A stretch of DNA of 64,000 nucleotides from Octopus sinensis (taxonomy: Eukaryota), in contig NC_043017.1 in the NCBI RefSeq assembly GCF_006345805.1, positions 9,052,001 through 9,116,000 of the forward strand. Direction: 5' to 3'. Shown piece after piece: positions 1 to 13,203 of this stretch. The notes under the pieces were generated by a model, which did no database searches, was not told where the DNA came from, and saw only the letters and a list, made by a program, of their open reading frames with translations. Position 1 is the stretch's first letter, and the number at the start of each line of letters is the position of its first letter. A program made the position numbers and the translations under genes.

Positions 1-1329
1 GGCATACTAACGTTTCTGCCAGCTTGCTGCCTTACAAGTAATTGACTATATCCTCCTTCCAAATTGCAGGCCTTGTTCCTATAGTAGAAAGCATTATTTA
101 TGGGGGAAAAGAAAATGAGAATTTCTTCAGCTGAAATGGATTTCTTAGTGCTGCTATAATTATTAAAGTGGAACATGTAGTAACTGGTGCTGACCCCCTT
201 TTGGTACCAACTTGCTTGAGACTGTGCCTGGTTCTATGACCACAAACTATTTTAAAGAGATCTGAATTATAATCATCTGTCAAAATGTTTTGTTAATTTG
301 TTCTAGACACCAGCTTAATAATGACTGAATTATTTTACTAAATTCTTGATTATTTTAAAAATCAATTTGAAACAAAGCTATCATATGTCAACAGAACTAT
401 GGTAATAAAATGGTTATTGAAACCAATGGCTATTTTGATGATCCCCGATAAGCACTCTCAAAAAAATCTTAATGAAAGGGCATATTGATGCATTTACTGT
501 TTGTTAATGAAGAATAGGTAACTGACCACCATATAATTAGGAATAGTTTGTCTTAGAGTACGGATCTGTAATTGGATGTCCGATGTGGAGGCCGTGAATT
601 TGAGCTTGAGATCATACTGGTTTGATGAGCCTACTCTGCTGCCCTTGATCAAGATGTCTTGGCAAAGGGGTGCATACCCAGAAGTAGTTATGTCACATTA
701 CAATGACCCCAGTGCTCAACTGGTATTTATTTTATCGACCCCCGAATGGATGAAAGGCAAAGTCAGTCTTGGTGGAATTTGAACTCAGAACGCAAGAACA
801 GACAAAATACTAAGCATTTTGCCCGGCATGCTAACGACTCTGCCACCCAGATAGAATGTCATGGCCACTATTAACAATCCTGCTTTTTTTGTGTTTTTGT
901 TTCAACTAAAATGTTCTAAAATTTAGTGATTTTCATTTTTGCGGCATTGTTGACACTGTCACTAATTGCATTATGCTAATTAAAATATTTTCATGTTTGC
1001 ACTTAGTCAAGTTAAAAACATGGAAAATAATAATAATAATAATAATAAAAAAAAAGACATTTCTCATTTTATTTATAGCTTAAATAGTTTGTGATTAAAT
1101 CAGCAGAAATATTTAATGTTTATTCATCAGTGTAGTCTTATCTTTAAATTAAAGAGACGCCAGTGTGTATGTGTGTGTGTGTGATATGAATATATATGCA
1201 TGTATATAAACATATGTATCTATGTATACATTTTAAAATGTATATATTTATGTCTATATGCACACACATGTATATATGCATATTTACATATGTATGTACA
1301 TGTATATATGTGTGTATATTATACATTCA

Positions 1330-1394
<65 letters not shown>

Positions 1395-2082
1395 CACACA
1401 TACATATATACATACGACTATGTATATATATTTATATATTCTGCTCCTGCTCGCCATATCAGAGGGAGCAAGAGAAATTTAATCCTTCTTTATGATTGTA
1501 GTTTATATACATACATACATACACACACGCATGTATATACATTTGGTGATTATACACTTGTCTGGGTGATTATACACTTGTGTATGTATGCTGTGTGGTG
1601 GTATGTGTGTTTATGTGTAATTTTATGGCTTGTTTGTGTATATAAAGACAGAATCACGAAGACTGTTGTCAAGTAACCAATACAAGGGAAAGCTTGTTGT
1701 AGGGGTCGTCTCTGATATTATGTAAGTAACTACCACTGTTTGTAGGGGAGAGGGATCCTCTTAGGGGCTGGTTTAACCCACCCATACACCGTCCTATTAG
1801 AGACCCATACAGTAAATGTTCACAGATGTACTTACACACACACCTGTCTTCGCTTACACACACAAATTTGTGTGCACTTACACACACATACAGACACATA
1901 TAGACACACAAGTCTGCTTTTAAAGACACACACACGTACACATAGCCTTATGCTCTTACATGGCTGAGCCTCATACATACAAACCCATCTGCTCTTACAC
2001 AGTCACACACATCTGTCTGCTCTTACACAATCTCACACATATCCAGATGTGCTTACATACTCACATATATCTGTATGCTCAG

Positions 2083-2281
2083 TCACACACACACACACTC
2101 TCACACACACACACCACACACACACACACACCACACACACACACTCACACACACACACTCTCACACACACACACACTCACACACACACACTCTCACACAC
2201 ACACACACTCTCTCACACACACACACCACACACACACACACACACTCTCACACACACACACTCACACACACACACACACAC
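2083..2281. repeat. Compound (CA)n/(CT)n microsatellite
   Basis: Direct inspection; one of dozens of (CA)n tracts in the window. Confidence 0.95.
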
Positions 2282-2536
2282 GTCAAGAAAATGTGGCCCC
2301 TCAGCTCCCACCATCTCTCTCTCTCTCTCTCTTCACTCTCTCTTTCCTTTCTCTCTTTTTCACTTGCCTTCATCCTCTTCTCCCACACCCTTTCTCTGTC
2401 CCTTTTCTTTCCACCCTCACCCCATCTCACTTACCCTCCGCCACCATTTTTGTCTAACAAAGATTTCTCCTCCCCTTTTGGGAAAAAAACCATTCCATTC
2501 TTTGAAAAATAACAGTAAACAGAAAAATCTATGCTC

Positions 2537-2581
<45 letters not shown>

Positions 2582-5279
2582 TATGTGTGTGAGACTGTTT
2601 ATATGTGTATTAATGTGTGTATGTGATTGTAGACGTGTGTCTGAGTATATTTGAATTAATGTGTATTTTTGTGACAGGACATGTATTTGATAATGTGTTT
2701 GTGATTGGATGTATCTGCGTGTATGTATATGTTTTCACGCACATACACACATACGTCTATGTATTGATGTCTCTGTGTGTGTAAGTGTAATTGTATTGTG
2801 GGTGTGTTTGTGACTGTGGATACGTGTATGTATATATGTATTAATGTGTTTAAGACTATGGATATATGTATATGCATGTATATATATATATATATATATA
2901 TATGCATGTATATATATATTTATGTATTAACGAGTGTTTGTGACTGGACGTGTGTGTGTGTGGTGTGTGTGTGTGTGTGTGTGTGTTTTCTAAGTGTTTA
3001 CTCAAGATATGAAAGAAATGGAAATTCATTCCCCGAACAGGTTCTCCAAACCCAGAAGAAAGGGCTCTGTTATAATGTATCAGACCCTAGGGAGCCGTTG
3101 TTCCAAGGGGGACGAAAATTGCCCCCTAGTTAATTACTTATTCCTCTTTGTGCTTGTATGAAGAAATGTTTTGCAGACCCACATGAAAGTATAAAAATTG
3201 TTGTTGTTGTTATGGGGTGGAGTAGGTGGGTGGGTGGGGCAAGGGGCTTTGGCAAAATTGCTTGGGTGTTGGACCAAGTGCTTTGTTGGTGCTTTGTCGT
3301 TCCTTGGTTCAAACCCTGCTGACGTTAGCTTTGCTCGTCAGCCATCAAGGGTTGATGAAATATGAGATGGTAGTGAATAAAAGAAACTGGTCAAGTATTG
3401 GAGTTGATTTAATTGACCGAGTTGAAATCAGTCTCAGTTCTTGACCACAGGGGGAAATTATTCCCTTTCTGGCCAAGGTAATATTTCCCTGTGGCCGGAG
3501 ATGTTTTCATGGAAGATTGGAAACAAAGGACACCACTCACATGATGGTGAAGTTCCTACACAACAATTGCAAGACATCAACTGAAGGGCACACACTCCTT
3601 CCATTCACACATATAGCAGTGGCTGTGTGGTAGGAAGCATGGTTCCAGGTTCAATCCCACTGCATGGCACCTTGGTCAAGTGTCTTTTTGGGCCAACCAA
3701 CGACCTGTGAGTGGACTTTGTAGATACAAACTGAAAGAAACCCATCGTGTGTGTGTGTGTATTTGTGTGTCTGTGCTTGTCCCCCCACCATCACTTGACA
3801 ACCAGTGTTGGTTAGCATAACTTAGAGGTTTGGCAAAAGAGACTGATAAAAAAGTGTTAGGCTTACAAAGAATAAGTCCTGGGGTTGATTCGTTCAACTA
3901 AAGGTGGTGCTCCAGCATGGCCGCAGTCAAATGACTGAAACAAGTAAAAGAATAAAAGAATATGCGCATGCACGTGCATTTCATTCTGTGTGTATGTGTG
4001 CGTGTGTGTGCATGTGCATGACAAGCTTTCAGCCTCCGTCTGCCGAACCCACTCACGAAGGTTTCCATGAAGCCAAAGTTAGAGTAAACGCAGCCATGCA
4101 CACACACACATGCACACACACACACAACACCAATGGTGTGGAACCTCTTAGAATCTATACTAGTTTACTATAATGTACAGGTACCCGTGTTTCATTTAAT
4201 ATTTCATTTGTGTGTTCCAAGGTGACCATACCTATTGCACCCTGTGTATATAAATGTGTGTGTGTGTCCACCAATCACTATTTGACAACTGGTGTTGGTG
4301 TGTTTACATTCTTGTAACCTAGCAGTTTGGCTAAAGGAGACCAATAGAGTAAGTGCTAGGCTTAAGAAATAAGTCCTGGGGTTGATTTGTTCGACTAAAA
4401 CACCACGCGGTGCTCCAGCATGGCCGCAGTCAAATGATTGAAAGACGTAAAAGTGTTTAAAAGAATATAAAAATAGGATTTTTTAAGCATGAAATGGCCA
4501 AGGGTTTGGGTCCACCAGAAGGAAATAGGGCTGAAAGGGGTCCACAGACAAAACTAGTGACTTAGTGTCTTCCTTGTATATGCTTGTGCGTGTGTGTGTG
4601 GGGGTAACTTGAAGGATTTTAAGATGGTGGTAAAACATGTAGTAGAGTTTTTGTCCCTGAGGTGGAGGGGTGTATGGTTGTGGGTATGGGAGGAGGTTGA
4701 TAGTGGGAGTGGGTGGAGATGGTATCAAGGAGTGTGTGTGTTCGTGTCCATCCAAGATAGGTGTATTTGTGAACGTGTGTGTGTGTGCATGTGTATCTGT
4801 AAGATGTCTTGTGTAGGTTTGTGTGTGTCTGGAAGACAGATGTGAAGTGTTTGTGTGTATGTGTGTGGGCATATGAGCCTTCAAGATGAATGTATCTGTA
4901 TGAGAATGTGTGTGTGTGTGCGGGTACGCGTGCTTGAGTCTTCAAGATAGATATATGTGTAGAAGTGTGCACGTGAGCGTGTGTTTCTATGACTTATAAA
5001 TCCGTAGATGTGTGTGTGAGTGTGTGTGACTGGATAATGGTGCATTAGAGTGAAGCGGAGCCATGTTCCCACTGGAGGAATTCCATGTTTTCCAGATGTC
5101 TACCAGGTGTCTACCACATCAAAGATCTCTCTCTCTCTCTCTCTCTCAATTCTTCCAGCCCTGCCCACCTCCCTTTAAATAATATATTCTGCAGGTTTCT
5201 TTCTTGTAGTTTGCAAACAGACACATTTTAACATGGGGTGGGGAGTGGTGGTGGTGGTTGGGGAGTAGGGGTCTGCCCC

Positions 5280-5985
5280 CCCCTCCTATCTCTTTCTCGT
5301 TACTGTTTCTTTAACTCTTCTGTATCTCTTTATCTCTCTCTCTCTCTCTCTGTATCTTTGTCTTTTTCTTCTCCTCACTCTCTCTTAAATGTCTCTTTTA
5401 ATCACTCTCGCCTCTCTCTCTCTCTCTCTCTCACCTCTGTCTTTCCTCTTTCTCTTTGCCTTTCTCTCTCTCTCTCCTCCCCTTATCTCTCCTTATGTCT
5501 TCTCTTTCTATCTCCTTCCCACTTCTCCCTTCTCCATCTTATTTCTCTCTCTGTCACCTCTTCCTGTCTCACCTCTCCCCCCTCTCTCCCTCTCATCTAT
5601 CTTACAGCTTTCTTTCTGTCTGTCTTACTGTCTGTCTGTCTCTAAAATGTCTTTTTCTCTTAGCCCCCCCTCCTCCCTCTCCTGATGAATCTTGCTTTAC
5701 CTATCTTTTCTTCATCTTTCTCCTCTCTCCCTTTCATCTCTATATCTCTCCTCCCACTCTCTCTGCTTTCTTCTTTCATATATCTCTCCTTCTCTGCCTC
5801 ATCCCTTCCATATCTCTCTAAAATGTCTCTTACCTTTTTTCTTTATCTCTCTATCTCTCTCTCACCTCCCTTTGATGATGTGACTTTGCCTGTCTCTCTC
5901 TTGTCCCTCTCCCTCTTTCGTCTCTTCCCCCCTTCACATCTCTCTGTCTTTCTCCACTCTGTCTCCACCCCCTCCCGTTCCCAGG
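5280..5985. repeat. ~700-bp polypyrimidine/polypurine (CT-rich) low-complexity tract
   Basis: Almost exclusively C/T on the + strand; similar tract at 14100-14620. Confidence 0.9.
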
Positions 5986-6364
5986 TACTTCTCCAAGGGG
6001 CTCCCTTGATGTGTGCGATATGATGCTCTGAAGCGTGCAACACTGCAGATGAAATGGTGGTCCAGCTGCCCCACCCCCACCTCACTTCTCTCCCTTCCTG
6101 CCTCAACCCCCTCAGTTACGGCAAGGGGGTAGATACATAGATAGATGGATGGATGGGTGGGTGGAGGGAAATTAACGCATCACAGGTAACATCCCCCCAC
6201 CTCCTCCTATACATACACTTGTTGGGAGGTGTGTGAGTGTGTGTAGGGGGAAGGGGTTTAGCAGCGCCTGGGAGATAAAAGACATTTTTATGAGATAAAT
6301 AAATGGTTTTTAATTGTAGTGATGATGGCGGTGGATTGTGGTTATGGAGGGGACGGTGGCAACA

Positions 6365-6452
6365 GTGGTGGTAGTCTTAGGTGATGATGGTGGTGGTGGT
6401 GGTAGTCGTTGATGGTTATGCTGATAGTAGTGTTGATGGTGGTAGTGGTTGT

Positions 6453-6483
<31 letters not shown>

Positions 6484-6626
6484 CTTAGGCGATGATGGTA
6501 GTGGTTGTTGATGATGATGATGGTTGTGGTGGTGGTGGTGGTGGTAGTCTTAGGTGATGATGGTAGTGGTTGTTGATGATGATGATGATGGTTGTGGTGG
6601 TCTTAGGCGATGATGGTAGTGGTTGT

Positions 6627-6660
<34 letters not shown>

Positions 6661-6800
6661 CTTAGGCCATGATGGTAGTGTTTCTTGATGACGATGGTTG
6701 TGGTGATGGTGGTGGTAGAAGTAAAGAACATATGGCTATAGTTATGGCATCGCAACCATTGCAGAATGTTCTGTGGTGGTGGTGGTGGTGGTGATGGCAG
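6365..6800. repeat. Higher-order repeat built from (GGT)n/(GAT)n with a recurrent ggtagtcttagg anchor
   Basis: gtcttagg recurs near 6374, 6482, 6547, 6600 and 6659. Confidence 0.8.
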
Positions 6801-8745
6801 CAACAGTGTCAGTTGCAGTGGCTATGACAAAACATCTCTGATGGCAACTAAATTCCGAATTGCTAATTATAATTATTGTTGATGTTGTTGTTGTTGTTAA
6901 GGTGGCAAGCTGGCAGAATGGTTAGCATGTGGGACAAAAATGCTTACCGACATTTCATCTGTCTTTACATTCTGACCTGAAATTCCATGGAGGTCGGCAT
7001 TACCTTTCATCTTCTTGGGGGTCGCTGAAATAAACACCAGTTGAAAACCCAGGGGTCAATATAATCTACTAGTTCGTTCCCCCAAAATGTCAGGCCCTGT
7101 GCCTATAGTCGAAAGGATTATCATCGTTATCGTTATTATTATTATTATTATTATTATTAAGGTGGTATACTCTCAGAACCATCAGCATCTAGGACAAAAT
7201 GTTGAATGGCATTTTTCGCAGCCCTTTTACATTCTCAGTTCAAATTTTACTGGGGTCAACTTTTGCTTTCCATCCTTTCAGGGTCAGGAGAATAAATGAT
7301 AAAAATCATGTGTTAGGGTCGATGGAATTTGACTTGCCCCTCCCCTCAAATTTACTGCCCTTGTGCCAAAATTGGGACTTATTATTATTATTATTATTAT
7401 AAGGCAGTGTGTTGGCAAAATCGTTAGCACACCAGGCAAAATTTGTAACAGCATTTTGTCTGTCTTTACATTCCGAGTTCAAATTACGCCAGGTCCAGCT
7501 TTACTTTTCAACCGTTCAGGGTCGACTTTACCATTCCTGTCTCACCCAAGTGGACTCTCATATCTGTCAATGCTTAGAAAATCGTATCTTTTAACAAATA
7601 TTATTTGGAATTCTATTTTAAAAAATTGTTAAAATATTTTGCTGATCATACCACTATTGCACATAATTTTTAACAACAAAACCTTGTGTGGGTGCCCCAG
7701 TTAAGAGAATGTGAACCCCAGTTGAGAGAATCATTGGGTTAGCTGGAAACTTCTTCTGAGGCAGCATTTTAAGACTGGCTGGATGCCCTTAATGCAGCCA
7801 ACCGCATCTGCTTTTCAAATAAGGGATTTCTTCAATTCCATTGGTCTTTGAAAATGCAGATGTGACCAATCAAAATGTTTGACCGGCACCATTGACATCA
7901 CAACACTGTTTTGCTCAGATGGTGACAAGCAAAGATGAAGAATGTTCACATTTGCGTGCTCACACACACACACACACGTGGACATGTACACTCATACATG
8001 TAGGCATGCACACACATGCATATGACAGGCTTCCATACAGTTTTTATCTACTAATTCCATTCACAAGGCATTTGTCTGTCCAGGGCCTTACATCATCATC
8101 ATCAAGCATCTACCTTCCATGCTGGTATGCATTGAATGGTTTGGTCTGACAGGATCTGCTGAGGCACAAGGCTGCATCATGTGACAGTGTTTGCTTTGGC
8201 ATGGTTTCTACGACTGGATGCCCTTCTTAATGCCAACCACTTCCCAGTGTGTACTGGATGCTGTTTTCATGCCATTGAAGTGACTTAATCAGGGTGTCAC
8301 AGAATGAGATGGAACTTGAAGCTGTATGGTGGTTATGAAAAGAACTCAGTGTCTGCTCGTGTGTCTGAGAGAGAGATTATGATTATTTAATATCAGCTTT
8401 TCAACACTAGTATGGGATTAACCACATCATAACATCTCAGTGTCTACACATTGTGATCATTTGATATCCAGTACACACGGTTGTCCCCCCCTCTCTTGTT
8501 ATATGTCATTTTGTTTTTCAACACCCCCACACTCATACACACTGATTTCAGCTGGTTGGCCAAGGCCCTGCTGGAGCATTACCCTGAAGGTGTGTATGTA
8601 TGTATGTATACAGAGAGAGAGAAAGAGAATATATACACATATATACACATACATGCTTGTATTGTTTATATAGGTGTATGAATGTGTGTGTGTGTGTGAA
8701 TATACACACACACATGCTTGTGCAAATGTGAATATATCATCTGTT

Positions 8746-8791
<46 letters not shown>

Positions 8792-9224
8792 GTACGTTGC
8801 AGGAAAAGGCCAGAATTCCCCCCAAACTCAATAATGCCGCCGCCACTGCCATAACCAAACAGCTGTTCACACCTCTACCTCCCCCACCACCTCTCTCTCT
8901 CTCCTGTAATTGTTTGCCCTATAACGATGCTGCTGCTGCTACTGTTGCTGTATGACATGAATATAGAGCTAAAAGAGTCTGAGAAAGCTCTGCTCTTTGG
9001 GAATTCTCAGTAATTTGCTAAAAAAAAGTCCACCCCCTTCCCTTGCACAGTTTCCACTCTCCTCGCCCCCCCCCTCCCGCACGTACCACCACTGTTCCTT
9101 CCTCTTTGTCCTCCTCATCCTTCCTCTCTTTCGCTTCCCCCCTAATTAGTTTGGATTCCGTTAGGAAATGGTGCTAACAAGGGCAGCAGAAGCAGTGAGA
9201 CAGTAGCTGGCCCTCGTAAGCAAT

Positions 9225-9535
9225 CAACATCACCATCTCCATCAACATCATCACCATCATCATTACTGTCAGCATCATTGACATCATTATCATCACCACC
9301 ACTACCACCATCACCACAACAATCATTATCATCATCATCATTGCTACAACCACCATAATCATCACCATCACTACTATTGCCATCATCATCATCATTGCCA
9401 TCACCATTATTGTGACTACCACCAGCATCTTCATCATCATCACTAACATCACTGTCATCACTACCATCATCATCACTATTGTAACCATCACCACCACCCC
9501 CACCACTGGTCATTGTTGTTGCCATCGTCATCATT
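9225..9535. repeat. Cryptic (CAT/CAC/ACT)n trinucleotide region
   Basis: Direct inspection; similar regions at 18085-18800 and 23950-24420; (TTA)n at 11411-11540. Confidence 0.9.
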
Positions 9536-9613
9536 TGGTGCTAACGACCTTTACTTTAATTAATAGGTCATGTTGGTACAGCTCTGCTTTACACACACAC
9601 ATACACACACACA

Positions 9614-9645
<32 letters not shown>

Positions 9646-11454
9646 TGGCTATGTTGTACGTGAAGATGTGGGGTACTGGAATGCTCAGCATCCCATCAAT
9701 CCACCCACTCCACCACTACCACCATACATCCACACAAAATTTCTGCCTTGAAATAAATGCAAACCGGAAAACCCTGCCTCCCCACCAAAGTCCAGAGCAC
9801 ACACACACACACACACACACCATTGAAAGAAGAGTAAAGGAAAGAAAATCCAAGACCCACATCCATCTCTCTCTCTCTCTCTCTGTTGCTGTGACGACGA
9901 TGATGATGATGATATACATCATCATATTCATTTAGCATTTGTTTTCCATGCTGGTATGGGTTAGGTTGTTTGACTGGAACTGTTAAGTGGAAGAGCTGCA
10001 TCAGGCTCCTGTCTGGTTTGACTTGCTACCCCTGGATGCCCTTCCTAACACCAACCACAGGTATGTAGTGGGTGCCTTTTATGTGACCACTGGCAGTATA
10101 TATATGATATCCCTTAATCCCAACACCCCATATATGTACACATAACTATCTGATCTATGGCTCTATATGCCCCATACATGTATGTATGTGATGTAAGATG
10201 AATTTTAGCAACAGGCCTAGGCATGGGTGTGAGGTTAAGAAGCCTGCTTCTCAACCATGTGGTCTTGGGTTCAGTCCCACTGTGTACTGCCTTGAGCAAG
10301 AGTCTTTTACTATAGCCCAGCCTGACCCAAGCCTTGTAAGTAGATTCAGTAGATGGAAACTGAAATAAGCCCATATGTACATGTGTGTGTGTGTTTGTGT
10401 GTGTGTGCCCATGTCTAGATATCAATGATGGTTGTAAATGAGTGCCTTCATCTTACAAGGCGAGGCTGTCTGTTTCCATGTCTTCCAAGAAGCTATGGGG
10501 AAATATTTCATTGCTTGGAAATAGGTGAGAGTTGGTGACAGGAAAGGCATCTGGCTGTAGAACAAAATCGGTTTCAGTAAAATCTGTCTGACCCTTGTAT
10601 GCTTCGAAAAGTGGACGTTGAAGTGACATTGATGATATCAGATTCATATCTTGAGATATTCCTCATCCATAGCCTTAGATATACCATTTTGTTAGATGTA
10701 CCATATCCATAGATTCATATATAAGAAGATCTTTAAATTCCTGGCCTTGTGTTAACCTGAAAAATTCTGATAGATTGGCAGAATTCTTAGATTATTGGAC
10801 AAAATATTTCATGGTATTTCTTCAGGCTTTTTGCATCCTCAGGTCAAATCCTTTTGAGATCTATAAAATAAGGTACTGATTTAAGTATTTGGGATTTATG
10901 GTATCAAGTTAAACCCCTCTACCTCGAAATTAAAGGCCTTGTACCTACACTATTAGAAGAGCACTGGAAGGCAGCCAACTGGCATTAGCATGCTAGGTAA
11001 AATGCTTTGTGACATTTTATCTATCTTGACGTTCAAGCTCTGCCAAGGTCGACTTTGCCTTTCATCCTACTGAGGATGACGTAATCCATTTAGTTCCAAC
11101 CCAGAAATTGCTGGCCTTGTGCCAAAATTTGAAACCATTGTTATTATGATTGCTGAGGTCGACTTTGTCTTTCATCCTTTTGGGGTCAATAAATGAAGTA
11201 CCAGTGAAACACTGGGGCCAATGTAATCAACTTGTCCATTCTTTGCAGTATTTCGCCCTTCGCCATGTTCTGAGGTCAAATTCTGCCGAGGTTTACTTTA
11301 CCTTTCATCCTTCTGGGGTCAATAAAATAAGTACCAGTTGAACACTGGGGTCATTGTAATCGACTCATCCCCTCCCCCAAAATTGTTGCCCTTGTGGCAA
11401 AATTTGAAACCATTATTATTATTATTACTATTTTTATTATTATTATTTTTATTA

Positions 11455-11489
<35 letters not shown>

Positions 11490-11953
11490 ATTATTATTTT
11501 TATTATTATTATTAATATTATTATTTTTATTATTATTATTCAACTGGAGTCTTATCAGTAGACCAAAATGTTGGCTCTTCTACACTTGGCACTTAATTAA
11601 TTATTACAGAGTGAAGAATTGTCAACTGTTGTGTCTAGATAAATGGTTGTCTTTAGATTAATGGGGTATTTTTAGGGGACATCTGTGTGCGCGTGTGTGT
11701 GCATGCGTGCTTGTGTGTGTGTGTGTGTGTGATGGTGTCTCACTATAGGGGTGTGGGGAATGATGGTTTAGAAAATTGGTTATGGTATACAACGCTTGAC
11801 CTTTTGAGAGTTTAGTGACCTTTGTATATGTTGGCATTGCGTTTGTGAATATGTGTGTGTGTACACACACACACACACACGAATGTATATGCATAGAAAT
11901 ATATGTTAATATGACCAGCAATGTGTGTGTGTATATATATATATATTATATAT

Positions 11954-12004
<51 letters not shown>

Positions 12005-12053
12005 TATATATATATATTATATATATAGATAGATAGATATGCATATATAGATA

Positions 12054-12098
<45 letters not shown>

Positions 12099-12129
12099 TA
12101 TAGATAGATAGATATGCATATAGATATGC

Positions 12130-12184
<55 letters not shown>

Positions 12185-12645
12185 GCATATATATATCCTG
12201 GTGATATGTGTGAACTAATATAAATGCTTGTATCCAGTTACTTTCCTATTTTTGATGTTTACAGCTTTCTTTTATGTGTGTGTGTTTGTGTATGTATATG
12301 TTTTTATGCAATGTATGTGTGCACAAACGTGTGTGTGCACGTGTATATACATATATACATGCACATACATACAAATGCCGCACATTTAATAGTGTGCATT
12401 AAAAAGCAAGGTGGTTGGGGTAGTCCTTAAGCCCTGCTGAGTACCTGATCCTATTCTGGTTTCTCTACGTTATAAATTCCCCTGTTGCCCCTTTTCCCTG
12501 CTCCAGTTTATTTCTCCCTTGGAAACACATTGCTGTCACATGAGCTCCTAGTTGCCTTCCAACCAAGGGTAACGGGCTAACAAATCGAGGAATGCTTATA
12601 ATCAAAAATTTCCAGCTGATATATATATATATATATATATGTGTA

Positions 12646-12699
<54 letters not shown>

Positions 12700-12703
<4 letters not shown>

Positions 12704-12888
12704 ATCCAAACTTGAAAGTACAAAAAAACACAACAACAGGAGGACATGGAACAATTAAAGTATTATTGGACGCTCAGGAAAGAAGGGAAGAAGGAGGGTT
12801 TAACGTTTCGAGCGGAGCTCTTCGTCGGAAACATAGGAGAAGGAAAGATCCAGAAAAGGGAAGACAGGAAAAACAATCGCCAACGGTG
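12700..12888 (-). mobile_element. Penelope-like fragment with minimal hammerhead variant at 12798-12832
   Basis: Minus strand GTTT-CCGACGA-A-GAGC-tcc-GCTC-GAAA-CG-TT-AAAC; homologous to 17235-17430. Confidence 0.7.
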
Positions 12889-13160
12889 TTTATTGGTCTG
12901 TCTGTGTGTCTATCTGTCTTTGTTCTTTCTCTTTTATTTCTTTTTGGCTTTAATTTCTAGGAATCCTGGTGTTGTTGATGATGATTGTCATCTGCTATAG
13001 TAGATGATGATGGTGATGGAGGTCATCATCATCATATATATATATATATATGTATGTATATATAGGAAGGGCATCCAGCTGTAGAAACACTGCCAGATCA
13101 GACTCAAGCCATCCAACCCATGCTAGCATGGAAAACGGATGTTAAATGATGATGATATAT

Positions 13161-13203
<43 letters not shown>

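Noticed and set aside
1144-2570. YI-, HT- and CV-repeat ORFs here and throughout the window
   Set aside because: They are translations of (TA)n and (CA)n microsatellites.
9142-9534. Asp/Gly-rich 130-aa ORF resembling an acidic biomineralisation protein
   Set aside because: It is the translation of a (CAT)n-type cryptic repeat, and equivalent ORFs occur in other frames and in other trinucleotide tracts.
10775-10815. RLLDKIF peptide resembling IMP3 LLDKLY, as a candidate missing exon
   Set aside because: The sequence is the decayed head of a family B SINE and lacks splice sites.
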